From NCBI GenBank assembly GCA_020891255.1, contig BQFW01000002.1, forward strand, positions 2,170,001 through 2,234,000: DNA of 64,000 nt, in the 5' to 3' direction. Numbering within the stretch: the first letter of the stretch is position 1; each line of letters begins with the position of its first letter. The DNA comes from Entomortierella parvispora E1425 (lineage: Eukaryota; Fungi; Mortierellomycota). A program made the translations under genes and the position numbers. The notes beneath the pieces are model-generated. The model saw only the letters and a list, made by a program, of their open reading frames with translations. It searched no databases and had not been told where the DNA came from. This document shows positions 1 through 15,816 of this stretch, in pieces.

Positions 1-148
1 TATGCCGCTTGAAAACAGCGATCTCCATGGCATCCGAATGGCAGAGTCGAACGTTACTTCTGACGCCATGATGATGGCGTAATAATCCACCTAGAACCAC
101 TTATCAAAACTTAATATAATCGTACGCCTATAATCTTTATGCCCTTTC

Positions 149-3130
149 CTATGGAATGCGCGATTTGAAAAGAGTATATCGATCAATGGTATCTAGCCCC
201 TGAAGTACACGTTTCTCGCCTCCAGCGTGGAACAAATCACTATTTGCTTGGCCCGATTGTCTCCCATCGAGCATGCTCGTCACAGCCGCATCAGCTGCTT
301 TTTCCTCAAGGGAAGCACTTGACTCTCGTGCCATTCTATCTGTCTTTCTCTCCGCCTGCTCTCTGGACTCCATTGTCATGAAACGATGGTGCGCAAATCC
401 AAGTAAATTGATGCCAATCAACAACTTGAGTGCCACCAAGCAGACGTATGTGGCCAGGCAAACCAAGATGATCACCCCATACTCCATGAGACGATGCCAA
501 AACTCCTGCGAGATGCCAATCTTATGTGCTTGGTATAGAGTCCAGCAATACAGAGTCATAGTGTTTAGCGTAATCGCCGTCCATGCAAACTTTGAAAAGG
601 ACAAGGCAAAGTTGAGGAGACTGGATACGGCTGCACCGAATCCGGACGAGAATTCGATTGGAGGAACTTGCCAGATATTTGCCAGATGCTCGAACTGCAG
701 TGCAGATACAGTTACAGCTGGTGCGATAGCCATCTCTTCTGGAAGAGTTGCCATGACCATTTGGAGCGTCTGCACTGTCACACAAATTACGAGACAAGCC
801 AAGGGAAGTGCAGCTAGCCCAATACGGCGGGATACCATCGGTGACTGGTCGACAAACATCTGTTGCTGCTACAAAGGGAGTATAAAGTAAATTAGAGTCA
901 TCCTTACAAATTCGTCTAGGACCAGTAAAACTGAAGACTCACGTTATTCCGACCTGCAATCCTGGCTGGACTTCCTACAACTAGGTCTCTGCTCAAGATA
1001 TCTACAAAGCGATCGTATACGCTTGGACGAATTTGATTGAACTTGGTGATAAATGCATGCTTCAGCCAGTCCACAAGGGTTTCGCACCCAAGTACGAGGA
1101 TACATGGCGTTAGAAGTCGTGCGACTGCCGTCATGGACGAGAACAATGGGACGAACGATTGTGGGTACACAGAGAAGGGCGAGGGCGGTGCAGCCGACAG
1201 TTCTACTAAATTTCGAATTGTGATGATAGTAACGAACACTGAAAGCTGAAATCGCTCAACGATATCTAATAAGAAGGAAACCACAACACGTCATATCAAT
1301 CAAACTTGCCCTCCAAGCGCATTTTAGGTCCTCAATCGACTTACCACTGCAACTAAGTTGAAAAAGATTTTCTTTTTCGAATTTTTTGAAGACACTTCCT
1401 TTGATCTCCACAAACTGATTGCTGATCAATAATGTCAAAAGAGCGTTCGAATAAGAGTTTACGGCAACGTTCAAGGTCACCATTTGAAAGAACAAGACCA
1501 TCGTATGAGCCACTAAAGAAAGTAAGAAGTTGTTAACTCACAACTGTTTAACGAAAAGAATTCCACAAAAAAACACAAAAAAAAACATACATATGTAGAG
1601 GATAGCCAAGACCACAAATGTCAGAGGTCTTGCATGTCGGGATGCAGTGTGGCTGGTCTTTGGTGGATGGCTGCCCAGCGTCGACTTTGAAAACAAGGAG
1701 TCCAGAATGTCTTGCCCAAAGGAGCAACAGAGTCGATCAAATATCTACAAGATTCAAGCCCCGTTAATAGGACACTCCAAGACCGTATGCACTTCAACCA
1801 TTTCCTGATGCATACCTCAAGGCAATTGAAAATGGCGTAAAGCTTCATGGCGTTTTGTCCTCGAATAAAGTGATATGTCCTGGACGCGTCTACTGATTGA
1901 AGGATTGTGCATGCCACCACTACCAAGGTAACTTTAATCAGGTCGCACTTCTGCGAGGACTTCAGTCGGCTAGATAAACGAGAGGATAGCCGCATTAGTC
2001 GTAGTAGCGGAGTAATATCAACCAAGCTATGGAACTTTACAAATTCACTTACACGCGCTCCTTGCTCTTTGAAAACCATGTCCTTGATATCAAATACCGA
2101 AACAAGGCTACCAAAGCCAATGCAAACCGTGCTGGAAGGATGGTGAAAGTATAAAGAAACGAATCCAGGCAAACAAAGTACCCAAAAACAAGCATCTAAG
2201 GTTGTCTAATACTATTAGCATATGACTTCAGGTTTTAAGTTGGACATCAATTCCAGCATAAAACTTGCCTTTTCAAATGCAATCGGGACACTCAAAAAGT
2301 TGGCTACTCTTTCCCGTTTAAGCTCCTGAGTTGATTCGAAATCTGCTGCTGTGAGTTCTTCCTTGAGATAGTCCCAAAGTGAAACTGAGGAGGGTTGGTG
2401 CACCGAAGTAATCGACCCCAGTAATGTCTTCAGTTTAAGACTATCCAACTTCACTGCTAAAAAAAAGTCCAGTCTTGGGTTAGCCAATCGACTATGTTTC
2501 AATATAAGAAGAAAGGTACCTTCACTTGCAAATCGTTTTTTTACCTTGTCCCTCTGAAGAAGGTGCCACAGATGCCGCTGAAGCCGGTGGTTTCAGCAAT
2601 TCTGAAAGCTCCTGTTCCAACATCTTTATAGAGCCACCTGCCTTGCTCATTGAACCATTCCTACTTGAAAGCTTTGCATCGTTGTTGTCGGGAGGAAGAT
2701 ACTTTTTTCCACGATCATCCTCTCGTCGAATTTTTGTGAGCTGGTTATCCAGCGTTTGAAGGAATTCGTTTTTGTGGGTGTTACGTCTGTCCTTGGGTTG
2801 AAGTCTTTCGCTGTTTATCCTTTGATAAGGCTTCTCACCATTTTCAACAGACTGAGGACAGTCATCTTTGAGAGGGGAACACTCAGTACGTGAGTCCTTT
2901 TGTTGGGTGTGTTCTGGAATTTGCTTCGTAGAAGTACCAAGATCGGAGGCGAACGCGCTTCGGAGGTTGGATATGTCCGTCAATACTGGTAGTCGGCCCT
3001 CCAGAATATTTTGAGCGGGTGAAGATGGTGTGCTGTTAAAGCCAGCTTTCCATGACGTTCTCGACTTTTTCTTGCCATGTTTTTTGGCAGGGCCGCCTGT
3101 TTGTCGTGAGGGTGAGGGCTGTGTAGACAT
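149..3130 (-). CDS. TAPT1: Multi-exon TAPT1/Emp65 (DUF747) ER membrane protein gene; exon boundaries not fully resolved
   Basis: Successive minus-strand exons encode family-typical motifs: SLWDYLKEEL...ELKRERVANFLSVP, RTYHFIRGQNAMKLYAIFNCLE, NVAVNSYSNALLTLLISNQFVEIKGSVFKKFEKENLFQLSC, DIVERFQL, ETLVDWLKHAFITKFN, SPMVSRRIGLAALPLACL; stop at 149-151, ATG at 3130. Confidence 0.9.
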
Positions 3131-3320
3131 GTATTAAGGAAGAGTGGATGACGGTGGGATGGTTGCTTAATTGTCAGACTGGTCCTGTGCCATGTTCCCC
3201 CGAGAGGGGGGGGGGCAGTGTGGTGTTTGTCACGTGACTGGAAGACAAGAAGAAAGCCTGCCGTTGTAAACAAATCACGCGTCGTACCTTTTCGTCCCTT
3301 CATCGCAACCTTTGACACAC
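3131..3320. promoter_or_regulatory. Short bidirectional promoter between TAPT1 and SMC5 with palindromic E-box GTCACGTGAC (3229-3238) and MCB-like ACGCGT (3277-3282)
   Basis: 190 bp between divergent start codons; motifs read directly; function inferred. Confidence 0.55.
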
Positions 3321-8084
<4,764 letters not shown>

Positions 8085-8521
8085 GTCGCCCCTCTGCTAT
8101 AATACAAGGCTTAATCTCAGTAAAACAAAAGGGAAGATGTGATATGAGAAATCAGCCAGTCGAGCCACACCTCCGACATACTGTTGTACAATGCGTATCA
8201 TGTCTTTTTTTTTTTGTTCTTGGTATCAAGCTTAATACAAGAAAAACATTTCGTGGTCTTGTACTTCACCAGTTGCTCCTTGGCATTAGCGGAGAAAGAG
8301 AGGCCACACACTCTTTCTTTTAATTTGTTCTTTTGCACTATATTTTTTGGCAGGTGGATGTTGTTGCAGCAGCGACTTTGCCGAGCGTACAGTATGTTCT
8401 TTGCAGTCGCTCTCGTCGTGTTTGACTACGATGAAGTACTGTAGACAAGAAGTGTCGTTTATCTTAGGGCCTGATACTAACTTGTATAGGCATGGATCGC
8501 GTGATGTCGCTGTAATACTGC

Positions 8522-8572
8522 TGTGGTGTAGTAGATGTGGAGTCCCGGTCCACATCCATCGGAGTAGAGATA
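8522..8572 (+). repeat. 5' stub of a family-D LTR, cut by a Crypton end
   Basis: TGTGGTGTAGTAGATGTGGAGTCCCGGTCCACATCCATCGGAGTAGAGATA matches the start of the D LTRs (rc of 33492-33542 and 40976-41026). Confidence 0.9.
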
Positions 8573-9491
8573 TAGACTACGAGTTCAAATTTTAGCCGTG
8601 TCCAGGCTCATGTCCGACCATGGACACGGTGTCCATCACGTGACCTGTCCCTGGAGGATTAGCGAGATGAATGCCATATTGGGACCCCATCGTCCTGTCG
8701 GAAAATAAAGAATAGCGATGTGAATTTGCCATTGGTTGCCGTCGTCTCGGGTTTTTTTGCCTGCACGATCTCCCTGCAATTTTTATCTTGGGTCTCGCGA
8801 GCTTTTTGAAAAGGGTTTATTCATGGGACCATGTGCGACCCCTTGAGGCAAACATTTTTTTTTTTTCTTTTTCTTCTTCAAACCCTGCTCCCCCCTCTCC
8901 CCTGCTTTCTCTCCTCCCAACTGCACTGTCCTCCCTTTCCCCCCCCCCCCCCCCCTAAGGATGTCTGAGATCACTTTCAACAATCAACAAGGTCAAGCTC
9001 ACCAGGTCGATGGCTTGGATGGTGGCATCTTGAATCACCATGCTAGCCAAACGCGCGATAGTCGAGTCCATTCCACGCATTCTGGTCGTCATGCAGGCAC
9101 CTCTGCACTCGACAGACGTACACATTCTGGCCGCCACAGTGGTCGCCAAGTACAAATAGGCCCGGTACTCCAAGCAACCATGCATCACACTCACTGACCT
9201 GTGGGTGGATGTGACCATGAGCGCGCGCGGCGCGCGCGCGTGTGTGTGTCTATGTGTATGCAGGGTTTTTTTTGCATTCTTCCGCTTGGTATTATCTCTG
9301 CCTCATCTCATTCTCGTTTCACTTTCGCTCGCGTCGTGTTTGAAGGTGTTTAACTATTGATCCATAAACTCCTCAAACACTCAAAAGCTTTGGAGAAGAG
9401 ATCAGTTTATTGTCTTACAAAATCTACAACTGCTTCTGTTTTTTCCTCAAGTCCTCTCGAATGAAGTTGATCGTTTTATCTTTGTAAGTGA
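8570..9491 (-). mobile_element. 3' end of a Crypton-like element (left copy, inverted), truncated by LTR element B
   Basis: Reverse complement aligns, with substitutions and indels, to 61663-62607, including the last codons of the GCR1_C-like ORF and the same terminus ...GAACTCGTAGTCTATAT. Confidence 0.85.
8961..9197 (+). CDS. 78-aa ORF antisense to the Crypton recombinase gene, containing THSGRHAGTS; expression unproven
   Basis: ATG...TGA open here and in the second copy (61952-62191), which differs by substitutions and an in-frame 3-bp indel. Confidence 0.4.
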   Translation: MSEITFNNQQGQAHQVDGLDGGILNHHASQTRDSRVHSTHSGRHAGTSALDRRTHSGRHSGRQVQIGPVLQATMHHTH

Positions 9492-9953
9492 TGAAAAGTA
9501 TATGGCACACGGAGTCAGTGAGAATAAGAGAGGGATCTCTGTTTTATTGAACCGGTCAGGATATTATCCTGACCGTTGCCTCCGTGACTGTGCCTTGCTG
9601 CCAGCAGCATCATTTGCCGCTGCGCCACCAAATTATGCGACAGAACTTCCCCTCCCATGGAGAGCGAAGCGCGGGTTGACACTACTGGTCAGTGAGAGGG
9701 TAAAAAATAAAACCTCTATGAAAATGTTATGGTTGAGGAAAAGTGAAAAACCTCTTGTCTTTGAGGAAAACCATGTGGTAAAAAACCTCTTTGCCTGTTA
9801 GGTCTTCTTTGCGTAGTAGCGTTTTAGTTCCTCGTTCTCGTTTGGTATCTCTTCGATCTTTGATCCTGTGGTCGCTTATTTTCTTTGAGAAGTTGCCAAT
9901 ATTCTCTGATACATTGTTTTTCAATAAAGTTTTCTTCGGGTTCCCAAGTGTAG

Positions 9954-10749
9954 TCATCTTTGGAGTAGCCAGCCCATTTTGCTTTGTATTCCCACTCCCC
10001 CCTTTCGAGAAGGATGAGGACGGTGGTCGAGAATGTACTCGATCTCGAATATGGGCAGCGTATTTAAATCCTCGAGTACGAGTTTGAGCTGGGATGGGGC
10101 ATAGTTGCGACTGAGCGACTCGCCTGTACCATCTCTGAGCTCATAAGATCCACCGGTCGTGCGGCGCACTACTGTGTACGGGCCTTCATACCGTGGCGTA
10201 AGTTTATTACCGCGGATGGGATCAAGTGTCATGACTTTTGCGCCATCAGGGAATTCATTATGCAGAACTGTGGCATTGAATCGGGCGATCATTTTCTTTT
10301 GAGTCTCTTCTGATTTCTTGTCAATCGCTGGAAAGACAATTTCAGTCATGTATGCGAGACGATCACAGAGCTGCTTGTGGGTCATGACGTTCTTGGTAGA
10401 TTTGGAGTAATTTTGGAAGCCATTGGCCTTGCGAGCGAAGAAGAGAGAGAACGGTGATGAATTATGGAGAGCAACGATTCTTGTATTCATTGCAAGCTGT
10501 GCCATGGGTACATGAAGGTCCCAAGTATCTTGTTTCTGATGATGTTCTTTCTTGAGGATGTCGACTGCGACTTTGACATGTCGTTCAGCAACGCCGTTTC
10601 CTCGAGGGTGATACGGCGTAAGTAGCCAGTGGTCAACGTTAAATTCAGAGGTCATTGCAAGCATGACTTGGTTCACCAATTCCCTGCCGTTATCGGATTG
10701 TAAAACGCGAGGAAAGCCAACGGTACAAAATATATCAAACAGGGCTTTA
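9954..10749 (-). pseudogene. Family B integrase C-terminal half plus frameshifted chromodomain
   Basis: LQSDNGRE, TPYHPRGNGVAER, PRYEGPY, FEIEYILDHR; joins 15817+ once A1 and one CTTTA copy are removed. Confidence 0.88.
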
Positions 10750-10860
10750 TGTAACAGGAATACGGTGACATCACGCGATGTGTACCTACAAAAGCTAGAA
10801 ACTTGCAATATAATAAAACGCACTTCTTGTCTCCACTCCACCCTCGATACTCCTATTGCA

Positions 10861-10892
10861 TGGTAGCAAAGGTTTTCGATCCACTGACCTCA
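10861..10892 (+). promoter_or_regulatory. Primer-binding site of A1, tRNA-iMet type
   Basis: TGGTAGCAAAGG directly after the LTR, followed by TTTCGATCCA resembling the complement of the iMet T-loop; same in A2 (rc, ending 58947). Confidence 0.7.
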
Positions 10893-10978
10893 CTGACCCA
10901 CTGACCCTCCGACACACTCACACCCTGGACCCCCTCGTATCCCTCTTCGATCAACTCTCCCTCGACAATTCACCCAAC

Positions 10979-11899
10979 ATGGACTCCGCGACACCGTCAT
11001 TCAAATTCCCTCATCCAACACCGTTCAACGGCAAGCGCGACGGATTCTCTGTTCTCGGTTTTCTGAAACGCATGACCTTTTTCTTCGATGGCGCTGGAAT
11101 TGCCGAATCTCGCAAGGTCGGGGTTACCCTTGCCTTTGCCGGCGATGAGGTTATCGGCTGGTGGGCACTCTTAAACAAGCCATCCGACACCTCATTCCCG
11201 GATTTCAGCGAGCTCCTTGCCGCCGAGTTCAGCCCTGCGAAGTTTAAGGAGCACATTCTCGCCCTCACAATGCAAATGAAAATGACACTGCCACTGAACA
11301 TCTCCAACGTCATGGCCTATATTACCAAAGCCCGTGAATACCACCTACTCCTCCAGTCTTACTACGCCGACAACGCAGTTCTCAACGATACTATCCGTAC
11401 TGCCTTTCTCAGTGGTGCACCTACTCAGCTTCGCCAGATGCTGGAAGTGGCCATTGTTAATGCAGGCAACGACACCATAGATCTGCCCAGACTCTTTAAG
11501 GCCGCGGAGGAGTTCGGTCGTATCTTCCACACTGAAGACCCATCACTCGGTGCCAAAGCACTGGCTGCCTCGGGATCCTCTGCTGGTATCACCGACCCCA
11601 ACGCAATGGAAGTGGACAATATTCATATCCAACTCAACAATATCCACAAGCAACTCGGCACCCTTCACCGCTCCTTACAGAACCGCCCCACCAACGGTAC
11701 TAACAACCCTTCTCGAGATCGCCCCGCACCCCTGACCGCCGCCGACCGAGAGTACCTTGTACGTAACGGTGGCTGCTTCCGCTGCCGCGAATTGGGTCAC
11801 ATCAGTCCCAATTGCCCTAAGTACGGCAACGGCAGCCGAGGAATTAATCAAGTAACCGCGGGTGAATCCCCTGATTCGGGAAAAGCCTCCGGCAACTAG
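10979..11899 (+). CDS. A1 Gag with CCHC zinc knuckle
   Basis: Retrotransposon gag-like N-terminus, PMEVD-like NAMEVD, CFRCRELGHISPNC; -1 slippery site G GGA AAA at 11878-11884. Confidence 0.9.
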   Translation: MDSATPSFKFPHPTPFNGKRDGFSVLGFLKRMTFFFDGAGIAESRKVGVTLAFAGDEVIGWWALLNKPSDTSFPDFSELLAAEFSPAKFKEHILALTMQMKMTLPLNISNVMAYITKAREYHLLLQSYYADNAVLNDTIRTAFLSGAPTQLRQMLEVAIVNAGNDTIDLPRLFKAAEEFGRIFHTEDPSLGAKALAASGSSAGITDPNAMEVDNIHIQLNNIHKQLGTLHRSLQNRPTNGTNNPSRDRPAPLTAADREYLVRNGGCFRCRELGHISPNCPKYGNGSRGINQVTAGESPDSGKASGN

Positions 11900-14800
11900 G
11901 GTCGGTCCGGACCCCAGTTGTCGAAACTGTAGCCAACAACCCTGAGCTAAGTACCTCAAATAAAACTTCACTTGATTCTACACCTCAGAAACATGACTCC
12001 AATCATGACAAGCGAACTCACATCCACGATGCTCTGGTTGTTCTATCGGACCGAAACCAAAACCAAACCAAAAAACCTGTTGCCTCGCCCGCTCCAGTTG
12101 CCCTGTCCGCTCCTCTACCTAGATCCTCCGATACAGATGAACCGGACCCTCTCGCTGTACCGCCGGCACCTAGTGTACCTCTGTCCAAAAAGTCAGTTGA
12201 AGAAGTTGAAGCGTCGTGCGATTCGCCTACACGAATTCACTGTCCAAAAGGCAGAGAGCCAACTGCTCACTTTCATCGGTTCTGTCAATGGCCACGCTGC
12301 CAGAATCCTGATTGATGGTGGTGCAGAAGGTAATATTATCAGTTCGTCTTTTCAAAAGCGACACCAGCTCCTCCGCACTGAATGCTTGCCCATCCCCATC
12401 CTCCTCCCCAATGGCTCTTCCTCCCTCACATCACACACCGTCCCCATCACCCTCAACCGCAGCGACTACTCCGATTCGCTCAACCCTATTCTCTATCCTC
12501 TCAACAAATACGACCTCATCCTTGGCAAACCCTGGCTCACCAAAGTTAACCCTTGCATCAATTGGCGCACCAACGATCTTCATTTCACTCACAATGGAAT
12601 CGATGTCAAATGGAGCTGCCGCGGCTTCAAGGCCGATCACATCCAAAGCCGCACCAAAGGACTCCTCCTCACACACATGCACTTTCATTCCATGGCAACC
12701 CTGCCCGGCTCGGAGGTGTTCCTGGCCCTTATTCGCAACACCCCAGAGCCCTCTGAAGAAACTGACCAACCGCGTACAATTCCCGATATGACCCCAGAGG
12801 TGCGGTCCATTGTCATGGAAGAGTTCGCTGATGTCTTTCCGGAGAAACTCCCGGACGGCCTGCCCCCAGACCGTGGTGATGCTATGAAGATCGAGACCGA
12901 CCCGACAGCCGACCCACCCTTCCGCCCTGTCATTAGACTTTCAATCGCCGAGCTTGACGAACTTCGCAAACAACTGGACCAATTGCTAGCAGCAGGTTTT
13001 ATCAAACCCAGTACCTCTCCCTATGGCGCCCCCGTGCTCTTTGTGCGGAAGAAGGACGGCACACTCCGAATGTGCGTCGACTACCGTGGCCTCAACAAGA
13101 TCACCAGGAAGAACAGACACCCGCTGCCCCGTATCGACGAGCTACTTGACCGCTTCCGTGGAGCACGCTATTACTCCAAGTTGGACTTGTTATCCGGTTA
13201 TCATCAGCAGCGTATCTTTGAACCACACACACACAAGACTGCCTTCCGTTGTCGCTATGGTCACTTTGAGTTCAATGTTGTTCCCTTTGGCCTTACTAAC
13301 GCTCCTGCTTCGTTCTCCAATATGATGTTGCGAGTACTCGATCCAGTCTTGGACAAATGGGTTGTCGTGTATCTCGACGATCTGTTGATCTACTCCAAGA
13401 CAAAGAAAGAACACCTGCAGCATCTCCGAAGCGTCCTGGCTCTCCTCCGCAAGAACGGTCTGTACGCGAAATTGAGCAAGTGCTCCTTCATGCAAGACGA
13501 AACTGAATTTTTGGGCCACACCATCACGAAGGACGGGATCAAAACATCGGCCGGGCTCAGCAAAGCCATCAGTGACTGGCCCACCCCCAAGAGCACAAAG
13601 GACGTCCAGCAATTTTTGGGGCTTGCGCAATTTTATCAACAGTACGTATCGGGCTTTGCAGGGATTGCCCTCCCTCTCTCTTCCCTCCTCGCCAACAACA
13701 CTCCCTTCAAATGGACCGACGAACAACAATCTGCATTCCTTCAGCTCAAACGCGCCATCTGCTCCGCCCCCGTCCTCCGCATCTTCGACCCTGATCTCTC
13801 ACCTTTGTCGAAACAGATGCATCCGGTTTCGCCATCGGTGCAGTGCTGCTGCAGACTGACCGGGAAGGGAATACCCATCCCATCGCATTCACTTCCAGGA
13901 AAATGCAGTCAGCTGAGCGGAACTACCCTGTCCATGAGCAGGAACTGTTGGCTGTCATCCATGCGCTCCGCACTTGGCGCTACTACCTCGATGGAACCAA
14001 GTTCAGCGTCCACACCGACCACGCCACCCTCCGCCACTTCCCCCACACAGCCCAAACTCACTCGTCGACAGGCTCGCTGGATGGAGTTGCTTCAGGAATA
14101 CGACTTTGACTTCAAGTACAAGCGAGGAGTTGACAACATCGTCCCAGACGCTCTCTCCCGACGACCGGACTACCGCGAGCCTGACCCTGTTGAGCTATAC
14201 AACCTCAGCGTCTCCCTGTCCCCGGACGTCCGTGACCAGCTTGTCCAGGACTACAACGACGATCCTCGACTTGGACCCATCTACAAGGATTGCCTGGATG
14301 GGAAGGTTGCCAATGGATATTCATTCCAGAACAACCTCCTCTACTTTACCCGACGTGGAGCAACCACCCTGGCCATCCCTCGGCACTCCCCGATCCGCCT
14401 CACTCTCTTGCACGACGCTCACGACTCTGCCACTGCTGGACACTTTGGTTTTCAAAAGACTTACGACAACCTGCGCCGTTTCGTATATTGGCCCCACATC
14501 GCCAAGGATACCCAGCAGTATGTAGCAACCTGCGAGAAGTGTCAAAGGAACAAGGACTCACAGGATCGACCAGCTGGACTCTTGCAACCGCTACCCATTC
14601 CTTCGCAACGTTGGGAGGTAGTCACCATGGACTTCATCGGCCCTCTTCCGCCCACAGCTAGAAATTTTGACGCCATCACAGTGTTTGTCGACAAGCTGAC
14701 CAAGCAAGCTCACTTCGTCCCCAGTACTACCTCTGCCACAGCCGTCGACGTCGCCCACCAGTTTTTTGACAACATCTTTAAGCTGCATGGCACACCAACA

Positions 14801-15695
14801 TCCATCATCTCGGACCGCGACACTCGATTCACTAGTAGATTCTGGCAAGAGTTGCACAGGCTAATGGATGTCAAACTTGCACTGTCAACCGCCTACCACC
14901 CACAGACGGATGGGCAGACAGAGGTTATGAACAAGACGCTGAAGACTATGTTGAGAGCGTTTATTGACAACAAGCAGTCTAACTGGGACCAGCTCCTTCC
15001 GTCACTGGAATTCGCCTATAACAACGCTGTCAATGCATCCACGGGATACTCGCCGTTCTTCCTCAACTCTGGCCAGCACCCTCGTCTCCCCCACCGCTCT
15101 CCTCGGTAAACCCAGCAGCTCAGTCCCCACTGTCGATACCTTCCTGACTGAGCAGGCGACCACCCTTGCCCTGGCCCAGGATGCTCTGCAGCGTGCTCAG
15201 GATCATCAGGAGCAACAGGCAAACAAGCGACGACGGGATCACAAGTACAAGGTTGGCGATAAGGTCCTGCTGCGTGCCACCAATATCACCATCCCTGCCG
15301 ACAGTATCAGACCAGCCGATAAACTTCGACCTCAATTCCTTGGCCCGTTCACACTTTTGGAGCAACACTCACCTGTCACCTTCCGCGTCGAGCTGCCACC
15401 ATTCTACAAAATCCATGACGTCTTCCACGTTGATACCTTTCGACCCTATTTGCCGTCCCCGGAGTCACTCGGCATTCGAGCTCCTGCCCCCGTGGATCCC
15501 ACTGTAATTGACGGCGAAGAGGAGTATGAAGTGGACGAAATTTTAAAGTACCGCTTCTACCGCAGACAACACCAGTTCCTAGTGTCATTCAAAGGCTACG
15601 GCAGAGAAGCTGACGAATGGCTCCCAGTAAGCAACTTGGACAACTGCATGGACTTGGTCACAACCTTCAAAGAGCAGCACGGTATCATTTTTTAA
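11878..15695 (+). pseudogene. A1 Pol (PR-RT-RNaseH-INT-chromodomain) with four single-base frameshifts
   Basis: LIDGGAEGN, CVDYRGLN, YLDD, GHFG..CEKC, IISDRD, HPQTDGQTE, YEVDEIL..FLVSFKGY; shifts near 12187-12191, 13796-13800, 14040-14044 and ~15090. Confidence 0.9.
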
Positions 15696-15816
15696 AAGGG
15701 GAAGGTGTAACAGGAATACGGTGACATCACGCGATGTGTACCTACAAAAGCTAGAAACTTGCAATATAATAAAACGCACTTCTTGTCTCCACTCCACCCT
15801 CGATACTCCTATTGCA

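Larger units (their letters stand above)
10750..15816 (+). mobile_element. Full-length Ty3/gypsy chromovirus A1; 111-bp LTRs 10750-10860 and 15706-15816; 5-bp TSD CTTTA
   Basis: Identical LTRs by eye, PBS TGGTAGCA at 10861, PPT AAAAGGGGAAGG, TSD at 10745-10749 and 15817-15821. Confidence 0.96.

Noticed and set aside
2-82. Open frame at the window start (MPLENSDLHG...MMMA*), possibly the end of a convergent gene
   Set aside because: Too short, with no recognisable motif.
273-890. 205-aa plus-strand ORF and other long antisense ORFs (e.g. 37512-38549, 13190-13729, 40961-41659)
   Set aside because: Shadow frames opposite TAPT1 or pol genes.
8636-8643. CDEI-like TCACGTGA in an element encoding an Ndc10-like protein, suggesting a point-centromere link
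   Set aside because: A common E-box, with no AT-rich CDEII or CDEIII next to it.
9221-9250. (GC)n(GT)n alternating tract with Z-DNA potential
   Set aside because: Short, and differs in length and sequence between the two Crypton copies.
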